DNA of 64,000 bases, taken from assembly GCF_009914755.1 (NCBI RefSeq), contig NC_060934.1; one strand, given 5' to 3'. Source of the DNA: the human T2T-CHM13v2.0 reference genome, Homo sapiens. Both the position numbers and the translations under genes were made by a program. The notes beneath the pieces are model-generated. The model searched no databases, was not told where the DNA came from, and saw only the letters and a program-made list of their open reading frames with translations. Below are positions 52,000 through 64,000 of the stretch, one piece after another (positions within the stretch are counted from its first letter, which is position 1; the number at the start of each line of letters is the position of its first letter).

Positions 52000-53282
52000 C
52001 TGCAGTAAAACAGGAGGAAATCCAATTTCAAAGTCAAGCAGCAAACGTAACAGACAGGATATACACAGCCAGAGAGGCACACTAGAAATTCTGATTATAG
52101 CATTGGACTTCTCTGAACAAAACGCATCCATCCATTTGCCCTATACATGCTGAGAGCCAGTCTTTGGGGTCAGTTGCTCAAAAATCAATTCAGTCATTAA
52201 ACCCTGAGCTGGACACTTAGCTATGCTCAGAATGCAACAAATATTTATTGTGTTCCTGTTTACGTGCCAGGTGCTGAGCAAGATCCTTGCCCTAAAATAT
52301 CCATCAGTCAAGCCCTTTGAAACCCAGCATCAGTACTGTTACTTGGGATCATAACTGTCCCATTTTCCAAGAAAATTCTTGTGCTCTGTCAATATTCTAT
52401 ATTAAAAGGAAACTAATTAGTGCTTTTTAAAAAAAATCCTAATCATGAGACTGAGGCAATTCCGTGGCATTCACATTAATATGGCAGGCAAAATGGAACC
52501 AGTTTCTTTAAAAAAAAAAAAAAAAAAAAAACTACCCCAAATCTCATCAGTATCTAGTGAAAATTTAAGTAAGATTATTTTTTTTCTTTCTGCTCCAGTC
52601 TTCCAAGCAAAATCTGCATAATTAGGTAGGAGCAGCCCTGCTTAAATGAAAAGTTTAAAATGTAAAACTTCAAAAGCTTATTACAATTTCATAGGATTAG
52701 ATTGTTTTTATGGCAAGATTAAATTGGTTGTGTGTTGTTCCCCTCCCCAAAATGAATAAAAAACAGTTTCTAATCAGGTCTTCGGGGATTTGGCCTGGAT
52801 TTAGGGTTTTTTTTTATTTCATATTCATTGTATAAAAAACCAAACTCCTCCATTTGGGACCTGAATGTGCAAATTGTTAATATATGACTCTTAGTTGGCA
52901 TTTTTCTATATACAAGACAGAATAATTTAAGCCTAATCTTCCTCTTAGAAGTGACATTTTGTTCTAAAATTGTTATCCTTTAAGTTCAGTAAATTGGAAG
53001 CTTGTTTTCTGCACCTTTACATTTTTGGGGGCTGTAAGAAACAGCTTCAAATTAATATAAATGCTTTTTATGCTCCCAGCTATGTTCCATGGCTTAACTG
53101 GTGAGTGTGAGGCAGAGAAAGAGGCACACAGGGACCAGTTCCCTTAAATGCCCAGAAGAACCACCACTGCTACCCTTGCTTTTGCTTAAAACATGTAGAT
53201 TCAAGAGACTCACAGTTTCTTGCAACTACCTGTGCTTTTCCCAGTGTGTTTGCCTTGCCACATCAGCGGTTCAGTTGTTCAC

Positions 53283-53600
53283 TTGCTCATTCATTCATTC
53301 ATTCAAATGTTAATAGAATATCTACTAAGTGCCAGGCACTGAACTATGCATGGGGCACACAGTAGTGAACAACAACATCAACAAAAGATAAAAGTCCATG
53401 CCCTCATGGAGGTCACATTGTGGTTTTGCAGGCAAATAAGTGAAATATATAATACACTAGGCAGTGAGAAATGCTTGGAGAAAATTAAGCAAGGGAGCGC
53501 CAGAGGCATTGACTGGGGAGAGGGAGTTGGTACTTAGATAAACGGATCCAGGAAGGCCTCCTGGTGAAGGTGCCATCTGAATAAAGACCTGAGTGAAAGC
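53283..53600 (-). mobile_element. L2 LINE fragment
   Basis: (TCAT)n tail, ctactaagtgccaggcactg, gccctcatggaggtcacatt, ggaaggcctc...tctgaataaagacctga. Confidence 0.7.
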
Positions 53601-54170
53601 CACTGATATCTAACCTCACCTCCATCCCATTTGTCTCTTCCCCATGCATCTGTCATGCACATGGCTTAAAAACAACTGTTTCCTCCCCCAAACTAGAAAT
53701 AAACAATTGGCTAGAGTTGTGTTCATGAAAGGAGAATCTGGGAGAGGTTTGGCTTAATCTGAACGGAGCAGAATTAAGTTTCTACATTTGGGCTGGAATC
53801 TACAAATTGCAATTCCTTCTAGTTACAAGAGATTGAACTGATGGCCCTGTGTCTTTGGGGCTCTGTGCCCCATCTAGTCATAGTGGAAATGGAATGACTG
53901 TGAAAAATTCTGGCTGGCTTTGGCCCCTGATGCAGACAAAATGCATTTATTTTTATTGAAAAGTCATTAACAATGAGACACCAGACTATTCTCTCCTTCA
54001 CCAAAAAGGTTATAAAGCAGGAACAACTTTAATTTCCCTGTGAGGGAGAAGTTTTCCAGCCAGCATGAGCAAAATCTTTTCTTGCACTGACCTCCATCGT
54101 CATTGCTTTATCTTCGTTAAAACTTGCATTCTGCCAGATGGATGTGAAAAAGAGGAAATATACATACATA

Positions 54171-54173
<3 letters not shown>

Positions 54174-54230
<57 letters not shown>
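54174..54230. repeat. (AC)~28 microsatellite
   Basis: Read directly. Confidence 0.95.
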
Positions 54231-54231
<1 letters not shown>

Positions 54232-55664
54232 TTTCAGTCGAGACCAAATAAGAGGTCCAAGTTGTGATTCCTTGGTATGCCCCAATGTCGTAGTGAAGGT
54301 CTCCTTACTTGACACTACTTTTGTGGGTGTGAATTTCACTTAAGAATCCAAAAGCTTGTTTTATTTTTAAGAGGCCCAAAGCAATTGACTACAGCCACAT
54401 TATTTGAAGTGTCTGGTAAGCAAATGACTTCAATTTTTCCTATCAACAAAGTAAATGATGAGGAAGTTTTAGAGTAACACACAAAAGCTTTTGTGTGTGT
54501 GTGCGTGTGTGTGCGTGTGTATGCATAGTAAACTATTAGCTACCAACCAAGCATCATGGAGAAATTGGCACTTGAAGACAGGGCTCTCAGAGGGGTGGGT
54601 GGCTGAGCCTTGATTCCCAGAAACTTAGTGCACCCCTCCCACCAGGAAGTCAGACTGACATGGTTCCTGAAGTTCAGGCCTATGTTCTCATCCAACAGGC
54701 TCCTCAACATCGGGGTGAACAAAGCTCTTAGGACACAGGGGGCCGCAAAAGGATTCACACTTCAGATCCTAACTCTGGCATGCGAGGCTTATGTGAATTA
54801 CCAGGCTTTACTCAGCTGTATGGCAGGATAAAACCACCTATGTCTATGAGGACTCTTGTGTAGATTACAGTAAATGAGAATGTATATTTTACACTCGCTA
54901 TAGAGTGAGTTTGAACACACAGAAGATACCCAATAAATGGCGGCTGCCACAGAGTGGGTTGCAATTTTCAAGTATCTCAGCTGGATCGTCATCTAGGGTG
55001 TGCATATCTGGGTGGATATACGTGAGTCCTGGCACCGTGCTTTTGGAGTTTGATGAATGCCCATTGTTCACATCCGTCCATTTCTCTCTATCCCTGTCCC
55101 TTTGGGAAACGTGTTTCCAAACTGCCTAAAGGACACTGCAGTAAGAACGGATTCTGCTTTCAAGCAGGAGCCCCCTCCCTCCTCCCCAGTGCTTATCTCG
55201 CCTCCAGAGATAACGGGCATCCCGAGCCTCCTGCCTGCATCGCCAGTTTATCCCCCTCAAGAATTGTTGCTTCTCCTCTGAGCCAGCCCTGAGCATCCAA
55301 GGGGCTATTGATGTTAACATTCTAATTTTTCTCAGAGAGTCCTTGGAGGCCTATCCCCATCTAATTTGTCTGAGCTTCTCACATTGTATATTCCGCCCAG
55401 GTTTCAAGAACCTTTGGAACAGACTCTCCGCAGGCTGCCAAGATCAAAATTTGATCTGCGGGTAGAAGCGTTCTTTCCCACATAATGTACCCTTAGTTAT
55501 TTGAATCTCTTGCTCTCTCAGGCCTTTGGATTCACAGTCTTAGCAGCACCCAGTTCATCACTTGCTGGGTTCCCTGCTGCATTACACGGGGTGGCCCACA
55601 AAAGGAGCTGGATTTACCATCAGTGACTAAGCAGAAAGGGAGAAAGACAGACAGAGAGAGGAAG

Positions 55665-55733
55665 CAGGCACAAGGTACAAGAGGTACAGGCACAAGGTAC
55701 AAGAGGTACAGGCACAAGGTACAAGAGGTACAG
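55665..55733. repeat. Minisatellite: three perfect copies of CAGGCACAAGGTACAAGAGGTA (22 bp) plus CAG
   Basis: Copies at 55665-55686, 55687-55708 and 55709-55730. Confidence 0.95.
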
Positions 55734-55792
55734 CTGGAGCTCGGAGAAGAAAATGCGTTTGCTCCTTTGTTTCTTATTTTTTACAAACTCAC

Positions 55793-55927
55793 TAAGACAT
55801 GTATTGTCCTTGAAGAAATTCAAAAATTTCAAGCACTCTTCTAGGTCGTTCCCACTGTTGCTGCAGTCACACCATGGGGCCACACTGAGGCTACTGGAGT
55901 CTATGTAGTTGGGGGTCATGACTGTGC
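55793..55927 (-). CDS. GFRA1: GFRA1 internal coding exon (135 nt): (G)TVMTPNYIDSSSLSVAPWCDCSNSGNDLEECLKFLNFFKDNTCL(K)
   Basis: Acceptor tttattcttttag|GCACAG and donor TGTCTTA|gtgagt. Contains the GFRalpha W-C-x-C and C-x9-N-x-C-L motifs. Lies within ORF 55620..55979. Confidence 0.97.
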
Positions 55928-58745
55928 CTAAAAGAATAAAAACAAGGCATTTTATTGTTGTATGATGATACTTTTCCATGGCCTAAAAAGAAACCAATAT
56001 TCCTCTGACGGCGGATGCACCGTGGATAATTACAGACATTGTATTTGCTGAGTGGGAAATTATGTTAAGCAGTGCATTTTCTCGGCAATTTATCTTGAGC
56101 ACATAAAATAATTTACACATTTACTTTAAAAATTATAACAGAACTCCTTGAGCTGCACTTAGGGTATTCCTTCCTGCACAAATGGTATGGATGTCGTGGA
56201 GTAGGAAAGAATTAACTTAGAGAACGCATGAGTTGCCAAATCCCTTGCATTTTCTTGAAAATGTCATTAATCTTCATAAATAGATAGAGCCGGGTTTACA
56301 TATCTTAAACAATTTTGTTTAGGACTTTGAATCCACTTCCCCCAGAAGCAAATGGTTTCTTTAGAGTGACATAGGGAAGCTAGAAGCTTCCTAGCGGTTA
56401 GCCTGCACCCTGAGTGTATATACATATATATGGGGTCTTCTCAACTGATCTAAATAAAGTCTTCCACGTAGTGAAAGAACTGGAAACAAACAGTGGAAAT
56501 TCTCTAAGTCAACGGCTCCTAGAGTATTGCCTGTGGACTCTCAATGGTGCTCAAAGAAATGCTGGGTGGTCCTTCCTGCCTACATCTTGTCGTGATATTT
56601 CTGATGAGTTCTAAACTGGCATAAACACACAAATTATTTATACTTAATCCAAACCAAATGTCTTCTCCTGGGTGGCCGACACCAGGCAATGCCCGCTGAT
56701 GACAAGAAGGCTTTTGTTTTTATATATTTTCTGGATGTAAGAAGTAATAGGTGGTCAGTAGTCCGCAGGGTGTATTTGGATCACAAACAGAAAAATAATT
56801 TTGTTCTAAACTTCTCTGAGTCAAGGGCATACTGTCTTTGCCCTATATTCTTTACTGACATGAACTAAATAACATCGCATTATACCTTGGGATGAACATT
56901 TTAACCTACTGCATAGAGGGAACTCCTAACTTTGGTTGAGAAAGGAACAGGCACCCTGAACACTAGGGGAGGAGGTTAAGGCCATTGGATATGCCTGGTG
57001 CCACGGTGGGCCCCTGGCATACATGGAAGAAGTAGGAATAAGCCTTGTCCAGAAAGAAGTTGGGGAGGAGATCCAGACCCAACAGAGAAAGACATTTTGG
57101 TCTATGCAATGCATTGCCTCTGCCATTGGGCCCTCCATTCATCATCCTTAGGTGCGTAAGGGTTTAAGGTTTGCCAAGCCTAGGAAAAACTTCATGGAAA
57201 TGCTGGCAGTACCTGGCCTTGGCCCCTCATAAAGAGGTTAAGGAGCAGGTACACCTGGGAAGGGCACTGACTGAAGTGTTAACAGGGACTACATCCATTG
57301 ACTTAGAGGAGCTTGGAAAAAAACTGCTTTTCTGTTTGTGAACCAAATACTTGCTGTGGATTACTGACCACCTATTACATCTCACGTCCATAAGATGTAG
57401 ACACTGTTAGCAGATGCAGCTAGAGTTGAGTTGGAGATACTCAACATTTTCTTCTGTGGGCTTCTCTGTATTTTTAAAACACTTTTTACAATGAGAATGC
57501 CTTGACTACTTTTGTTATTTCTGCAATTCCATAGTTGATACATCATCCCTAGTAGAGATTAACTTACTCGGGAAAAGGAGAGAGTGAATGCAAGTTTGGA
57601 GTATTGGCTTAAGGAAGGTACACTCATTGGCCCAATCAATAAAAATAGAAAATACTTGGGGATCTGGGGAAAGCTATTACCCACAGCAGGGCAGGTATCC
57701 TTCCAAAAAGTTGGGAGTAAAGAATGTACCAGGAACCTGTCCATCCCTGCATTAAGTACCATTATTGATTTTCCCGAAGCCGCCTGCTGAAGATGCTCTG
57801 GTGACAAAGAATGTAGTCTGTGCTGTCATTCTCCGGGAGAGGTTCTTCCTAGTGGTGACGTGTGTGACCCTGACACAGACAGCCGGCAGGAACACACACC
57901 CTGGCTGAGCCATCGTGCTTCTGACAACTGTGATTTTCCTCACCCTTCCACAGCTTTCACTGCATATTCCTTCCCAAATGCCAGTTGAGATGAGCCCTGC
58001 CACCAAGGCTTCTGCTGTCCCTGGTACCTGGGACACCTGCCTTTCCCCCTGACAGCCCCTGGTATCCAGGGGTCCAAGTTTGCTTCCCTTCTGACTCTCA
58101 CGGCAGTCATGCGTAATCACACTGCTCAGAATGCTGAGAACATGGTTCTTCTAAAGCCTTGGGTCTTGAAAGACAGAAAATACGGTTACTGCTATGTCTG
58201 TTTTCAGGAAAAAAAATTTAGCCTAAATCACCCACTGCACACTGGGAGTTGAATTACCAAGAACATTAACAGCAAGCAGGGCCCCTGTATTTAGGGTTTT
58301 TATTTCCAAAGGGCCATTTCTGGGAAGCAGCCTTTTTGATTTCCCCAGCCTGAATGACTTCCCTTTCTCCAAAGTTCCCTAATTCAATTAACTTTGTTTG
58401 ACTCGCTTTCTTCTTCCATAACCAAACATTTTTTCTCTCTGCTTTTGTTCTGCGTGGTCAGTTTCCCAACTGAGACGCCTTACCCGTCTGCGCACTTGCA
58501 GCCTCCCCACTCCTTAGTAATCCCCGCTTCCTGCCTCTGCCTTTCACGCATCCATTATCCCATTTTTTTCTTCTTTTTTTTTTCTTTTTTTTTACAGGCA
58601 TGTCCTCAAGGATTTAACATCCAAACCCCAGCCCAGAGGTTACTGTGAGATTTTCACTTCTGCAGACATCAGCAAGGCGCAATGGAAAGAACGCAGGTAT
58701 ATGCAAACCACACTCTTCTCCCATCCTGCTTCTCTCGGATCTTAC

Positions 58746-58855
58746 CAATAAGCCCCGAGTAGGCGAGGAGGCAGTCAGCGTAGTTTTCCTTTAGACAGCT
58801 GCTGACAGACCTTGACTCTGGCTGGCAGTTGGTAAAAAAATCCGCAAGGCGAGAT
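58746..58855 (-). CDS. GFRA1: GFRA1 internal coding exon (110 nt): (R)SRLADFFTNCQPESRSVSSCLKENYADCLLAYSGLI(G), Cys-rich GFRalpha domain 3
   Basis: Acceptor tttttcctattgtag|ATCTCG and donor CTTATTG|gtaag on the minus strand. Translation lies within ORF 58669..59055 and matches remembered human GFRA1. Its end phase is compatible with the next exon. Confidence 0.97.
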
Positions 58856-58960
58856 CTACAATAGGAAAAAAGGGGTGGGGGGTGGAAATGTGCTTTAAAA
58901 CATCCTAAGCCTCCGGACAGACATGTTTTCTTTATTCCTTTGTTGATATGCCTTTTTCTG

Positions 58961-58993
58961 CACACGCACACACACACACACACACATACACAC
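58961..58993. repeat. Imperfect (CA)n microsatellite upstream of the exon acceptor at 58855
   Basis: Read directly. Confidence 0.9.
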
Positions 58994-61238
58994 AAAATAC
59001 GTAGAAAACGTGAGCTAAGAAACTGTTGGCATCCTTTCTCATTCAACCCCCTCATGTCCCTTTCCCCAGCCCTCGCCCACCTGTGTGTCTCTGTTTATTC
59101 AGAGAGAAGTCTTCAGGGCCTATAACTGGAGGAATCTAGAGGCTTTGAAGTTTCCATTCAATATTTATTTCTGACTAGACTTATTTGCATCTTTAGGAAA
59201 TATGCTTCTCCACACACTCACCGGAGATCCACACTGGGAAAATATTTACTTTATACAGAAACGTGTCCCTGGCATCAAAATAGGATCCTACAGCCCATCT
59301 GCTCCTGTAATTCCTACTGGCTTTAAGAATGTGTGTTTCTGTCTTGTAAGTCACCTCTCATCCACCAGCCCAGGGGTAGTGATTTATTCCAGCCGAGTGG
59401 CACTGGGGAGGAGCCTGCCTTTGGGGAACAGAAGGGGAAGCCAAGAGGGACAGAGAGGCTTGCTCTAGGCGGGTGGGCCTGTGGTCAAGGCTGTGCCTGG
59501 AGAGGCTGCTGCAAGATGAGACAGCTGCCTGCAGGTTGGAATCTCTCCAGGGGCCGGTGCAGTCCACCCAGAAGCCCTGGGTGGCAGTGAAGATGCAGCA
59601 GCCCAGAAGGGGACAGAAGCCGCAGACACGCTGGTCTGCGGAGAAGAGGGCCCTTTGTGGCCAACTGGCTGTTTTTCCATCTGAAGAGGATACTGTTGGA
59701 GAAATCCTGAATGAGAGCTGGGCCACCTCTGAGGTCATCTCGGCAGACAACTGCTCTGTTTCTATGGAAGAACACAATGGACTTCACAAGAATTTAAATT
59801 ATCTGGCAATTATGGGAGACAATGGGAGGCTGTCTCAGTTCTCTTCTGTCTTTAGCTCACCCCAGAATTGGCTGTTGACATAACCAGAGCTGTTTTACTT
59901 CTTTCCACCTAAGAGACTGTATTTTCTTGGCACACTTTATGATATAAACGAGTTTGGTTTGGTGGAACCAAGACGGATAGGATGTGTGGGGATCACAAAG
60001 GTTTCTAAGGAAGCGCATTATGCATCCCTTTCCTGCAATTTTAACTAGAAAGGGCATTCAAAGACCTGATGGAATTATCCAAGTCCGCAGTTCGCTGCAA
60101 AGGCATGTTTGTGTGGGGTTCTCTCCTTGAACCCTTGTAAACAAGGCTTGCCCAGGCTTCCCTATCTGATCCCATCTTGTGTGCTCTCTATGTTCTGGGG
60201 ACCTGACTCCATTGCAGTGAATGCCCGGAGCAGATGCTGGAGATCTGCTTTATTTCCTTTGCACAGCACCTGACACTCCTCAGAGAGCTCCTGTATAAGT
60301 CTCCCCAGACAGGGCCATGTGCCGAAGCTAAGTGCTTTGGCAAAATCCTGCGAATGTGGCTGGGGTGTGCGCGTGTGTACGCACCTGAGTGGCAACCACG
60401 GTCCGTGCCTTGCTGGTGTTTCCTGACTTTAATTGAACACACTGAAAGATATAAAACCTGCCTATTTTCTGTAGCCTGGCTAAAGGATTCGTTTTTCAGA
60501 GGAAATCCCTAAAGATGGCTCGGGCTTACTCAACTGGCTCCAATGGCATCCAGCTTGGATTGAGTGTTAATTTCAAAAGAATTTTCCTGGTCATGAAAGT
60601 TAATGATCTAGTGACACTGGGTTTCTAACTTTGCAAAGGCCAACTGCAAGTTCAGGCAGCTGGGGCTCCGGTTCTGCACACAACCTGGCTGCTGAACAGC
60701 TCTCTGACCTGGCAGCCCAATGCTCCCGGCCTGTCCCCCAGAGACAAGACAAAAGGTCGCTCCCTCTCCACATCTCCTGTTTCTCACAGTCTCTCCAGCA
60801 GACTATTAACTGAACAACACTGTGATGAGGATTACTGTCCTTCAGCGAGAGACTAATGCCACCAGACTCATTTTGCTTAACAACCTCGGAATTGACTCAC
60901 AATTGGACTCTGGAATGAAAGGCTAATTGAGTCAGTCTGCTGTAGAAAGCATAGCCCCGATTGGGAGGATAAAACAAAATATACTGCTCTGAGCAGAACT
61001 CTGGACAGGCTGCTTTTTGAGAGATCATCGGCACATATCCTGGCCCTATGACCCACAGCCAGTGGATGGGAAGAGAGTTTTGATGTAAGGGTGAGCACAT
61101 GAGGCACTGTTAAAACACTAACATTTCCACGTTTTATCACATTTGACCACCTCCCCCTGGCAGCTATACTTGGAGACAGGATACTCACATTATAGGATTC
61201 ACATGTTACGGATGGAAACACTGAAGTAAGAAGTTTAT

Positions 61239-61442
61239 ACAGCGCTATGCTGGGGCCAGCTCATCACTGGTGAGTTGGTACAATTTCAGGAATTTTGCAG
61301 GTTGGTTAATAACATTGCAGTGGTAGTTTGAAAGTGGCCATGGTGGAGGGATTTACACCACGGTAACCAGCAAACACTATAAATCAGGGCTTTGTGTTGT
61401 TCTTGGAGCACTGGTTGTTAAATATTTACTGGCACGTCTCTA
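61239..61442 (+). mobile_element. MER63-like hAT DNA transposon
   Basis: ggtagtttgaaagtggccatggtggagggatttacaccacgg...caaacactataaatcagggcttt...ctggttgttaaatatttactggcac resembles MER63A as remembered. Confidence 0.65.
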
Positions 61443-62289
61443 TTTAAGAACCAGTATGATGTTAGTAAATCCCACTGATAAAGCATGCATCATGTCTCCA
61501 GTTGAGTCCCAACCCTTCTGGGACAGGCTTCCTCTCCCATCCCCAGTCACCCTTGTGCCAAATGAAATGGGGCAATAGCAATTAACCTCTGGTCTTCAGT
61601 ACTTTCCAAAGAAAGAAAAGAGCTCCACTCCCCCATCCCACTAAAACATCCTTCCTGCCCAACATCTCCTTCTCCTACCATCACAATCCTCTAACATCTC
61701 CTAAATTATGCATGCAAATGGTCACATGTATTGACACAACAGCTGGATTCCTGTCCATCCCACTGACTGATGTGTCAAGTGCCATGATATAATGATGAAA
61801 AAGACCCTGTCCTTGAACTTATATAACCCACAATCTAGGTGCCAAGAAAAACAAGTAAAAAGATTATTATAATACAGTGATTTGTTCTTGATAAAAGGTA
61901 AGAATGAATGGCCGCTAAAACAATACCTAGCATGAATGAAGTGTTCAGTACATGTTAGGTATATCTTTACAAACTTTTACTTTGTATGACAGCAAAATAA
62001 TTGTTATTGTTATTTTATTATCCTAATTCTGTAGTCAAGGAAACCAAGGCTTAGTGAGGTTAGACTAGAATGAAAGAGTCAGTAGCAGAACGAGGATTTA
62101 AAGTCATACATTCTGACTCTACCACTTAAGGTTTTACTATTACACAGCTGCAGAAGCTGGTTTCCAAGAGGCTGTGATATTGGGACTGAGACTTAAAGGA
62201 TGGGTAGAATTGGTTAGGTACAGGTAGAGCAGGGTATTCCAGACAGAAGGAAGCAGCAAAGTATAAAGTAATCACACTCACAGTAAGAC

Positions 62290-62540
62290 CTGCATAACAA
62301 CTACGAAGTATTTGTACATGCCAGGTACTGATTTAACGACTTAACATGTATTCATACATTGGATTCTCACAACAACCTTATTAGGTGATACTTCCAATCA
62401 AGCCCATTTTACAGATGAGGAAACCGAGGCACGGAGCCTTTAAGCAACTCCTTCTAGGTTGCAGAACTCTGTGATGGAGCTAGAACATGACCACATTCAA
62501 TCTGATGCCAGAGCCGGAGATCATTCTCAACTGCTGCACT
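62290..62540 (-). mobile_element. MIR SINE
   Basis: ctcacaacaacctt...cccattttacagatgaggaaaccgaggcac is the reverse MIR core. Confidence 0.8.
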
Positions 62541-64000
62541 TAACAGGTGCATCGCCCAGAACATCACTGGTCACTCACTCAGGATGCCCAGGCCACAAGA
62601 TCAAATGAGTAGTGATGGGAAAATATGCTGATGAGGTCTTGAAAGCCTTTGAATGATCCAAGGGTTTAGGTTTTTATCTTAAAAGCAGTGGAAGCCACTG
62701 AAGGATTTTAAACCCGAGAAGTAACATGATCAGATTTGCATATTAGGAAGACTCTTCGATCTCACCATTGTTCGGCAAAGATATGCTTCAGACCTACTGT
62801 GTGCCCTCACTGTTCCAGCAGCAATGGGAAGAGCAAGAAATTTGCCAGGAGGGGAAGGGATGGTTCCCTAGGAGACCGTGGCCATGAACCAGAGCAAAGA
62901 ACCGAGGGCCGGAAGAGGAGAAAGAAAGGAGGATGCCCGGAAATGTGGATATCAATAGAATGAAAGTCAAAACTTCGGACTGGAGGGGTGAGAACAGAAT
63001 CGAGAGGAGGACAGCTCAGCAGACAGTGGGGCCCTGGTGGGAAAGATGGGGGAGGACAGGTTTACCAGGAAGATAATGAGGCTGGCGGTGGCTGTGTTGA
63101 GTTCCTGATGCTGTGGACAGCCAAGATGCTGACATGTTGTTAGAGCTCTGGCTGCTGCTTCTGTCCAGTCACCAACTGCAGCCTGAGCACCTACTGTATG
63201 CACAGCTCCAGTGCCCCAGGACAGCTCCTTCTGCACACACTTTCCCCTGCCCACCCTGGGTTATCAATCACACTGTAATCAATGTCAATGGCTTCCCTGC
63301 CTGGGCTGCTGGGATACAAACAAGAAAGCTTGAATGTCCAGTATGGGATTAACAAAGAAACTCCTCAACTGGATTTCTTCTGGAGACATGAAATCTCCAT
63401 GACGACAGCAATGATGAGCTCTGATTGTTTTTCTCCGAGAAAATGAAAAGGAAATGAATAGGTACTAATGTAGAAATGTATCGCTCTCAGTAAGAGAAAA
63501 TCTCCCACCCTTAAAGAAGAGGAAAAGGCAGACAAAATACCAAGATGGCCTTAGGAAATCTGCAGAAACCATGGTTTATGCAGAAAGCATCATATTAAAG
63601 GAAGTACGCTGCTAATTGGAAATAGAAAAATTATAATAATAATAATATCTAGGAGAATTGTCTCAAACAGCAGATGGTCTTCTGACAGTGGGGAGAAAAT
63701 TATTTACCTACTTTCTCTGCAACAGTTTTAGGAAAGTAGTGTGATGGAAAACAGGTAAAAACATACCAGTAATGCCCAATTTAACCCATCCTGGATTACC
63801 ATAATCCTTTAAATATTCTTCCAGAACAAATCCCATACTTGGACATAAGCCATGTGGTTGGTAGAATTGAGCCTTGGACTGAGAATTGTAAGATGTTGAA
63901 TGGGATCCAGGCTCCGACTCATGAACCAAAGTTCCTGAGTGCGTTGCTTCATGTTTAAGCTCCTAGCTTTCCCTTCCACCTCAGAAATACAGTCTATGGA

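Noticed and set aside
55441-55457. Inverted repeat AGATCAAA-A-TTTGATCT resembling paired TCF/LEF sites
   Set aside because: Both halves miss the CTTTG core base, and 8-bp arms are expected by chance in 64 kb.
55665-55733. CRISPR-like direct repeats
   Set aside because: Head-to-tail copies without spacers in a eukaryotic intron; it is a minisatellite.
59333-59883. Cluster of overlapping 70-140 aa ORFs on both strands
   Set aside because: Locally GC-richer intron with fewer stop codons; no recognisable protein similarity or exon-like splice pair identified.

Overview
Primate, almost certainly human, genomic DNA. It holds the 3' part of GFRA1 (GDNF family receptor alpha-1, the GPI-anchored RET co-receptor) on the minus strand. 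Five coding exons with canonical GT-AG boundaries lie at 58855-58746, 55927-55793, 51999-51818, 27712-27659 and 26630-26484. Spliced, they read ...SRLADFFTNC...LLSLTETS*, which matches the human GFRA1 C-terminus as I recall it. A roughly 7.5 kb 3'UTR with no recognisable Alu or L1 ends at an AATAAA at 19044-19039. Bases 1-19000 are downstream intergenic sequence made mostly of old L1, MER20, THE1D, MER51, Alu and MIR copies, plus some AT-rich homeodomain-motif blocks. Almost all other ORFs in the track are chance ORFs or repeat-derived. There is no evidence of a wholly new gene system. The most interesting observations are post-transcriptional: (1) a 77-nt cryptic cassette exon at 32758-32682 with near-perfect splice signals and an in-frame stop, a candidate poison exon; (2) a three-exon, 427-nt circularisable block that would carry a 129-aa back-splice-spanning ORF and two miR-34 seed sites; (3) a nested-palindrome ATC/ATG repeat in the proximal 3'UTR; (4) an open read-through of the last intron that could yield a GPI-less isoform. 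Repeat subfamily names come from remembered consensus sequences, and boundaries of old repeats are approximate.
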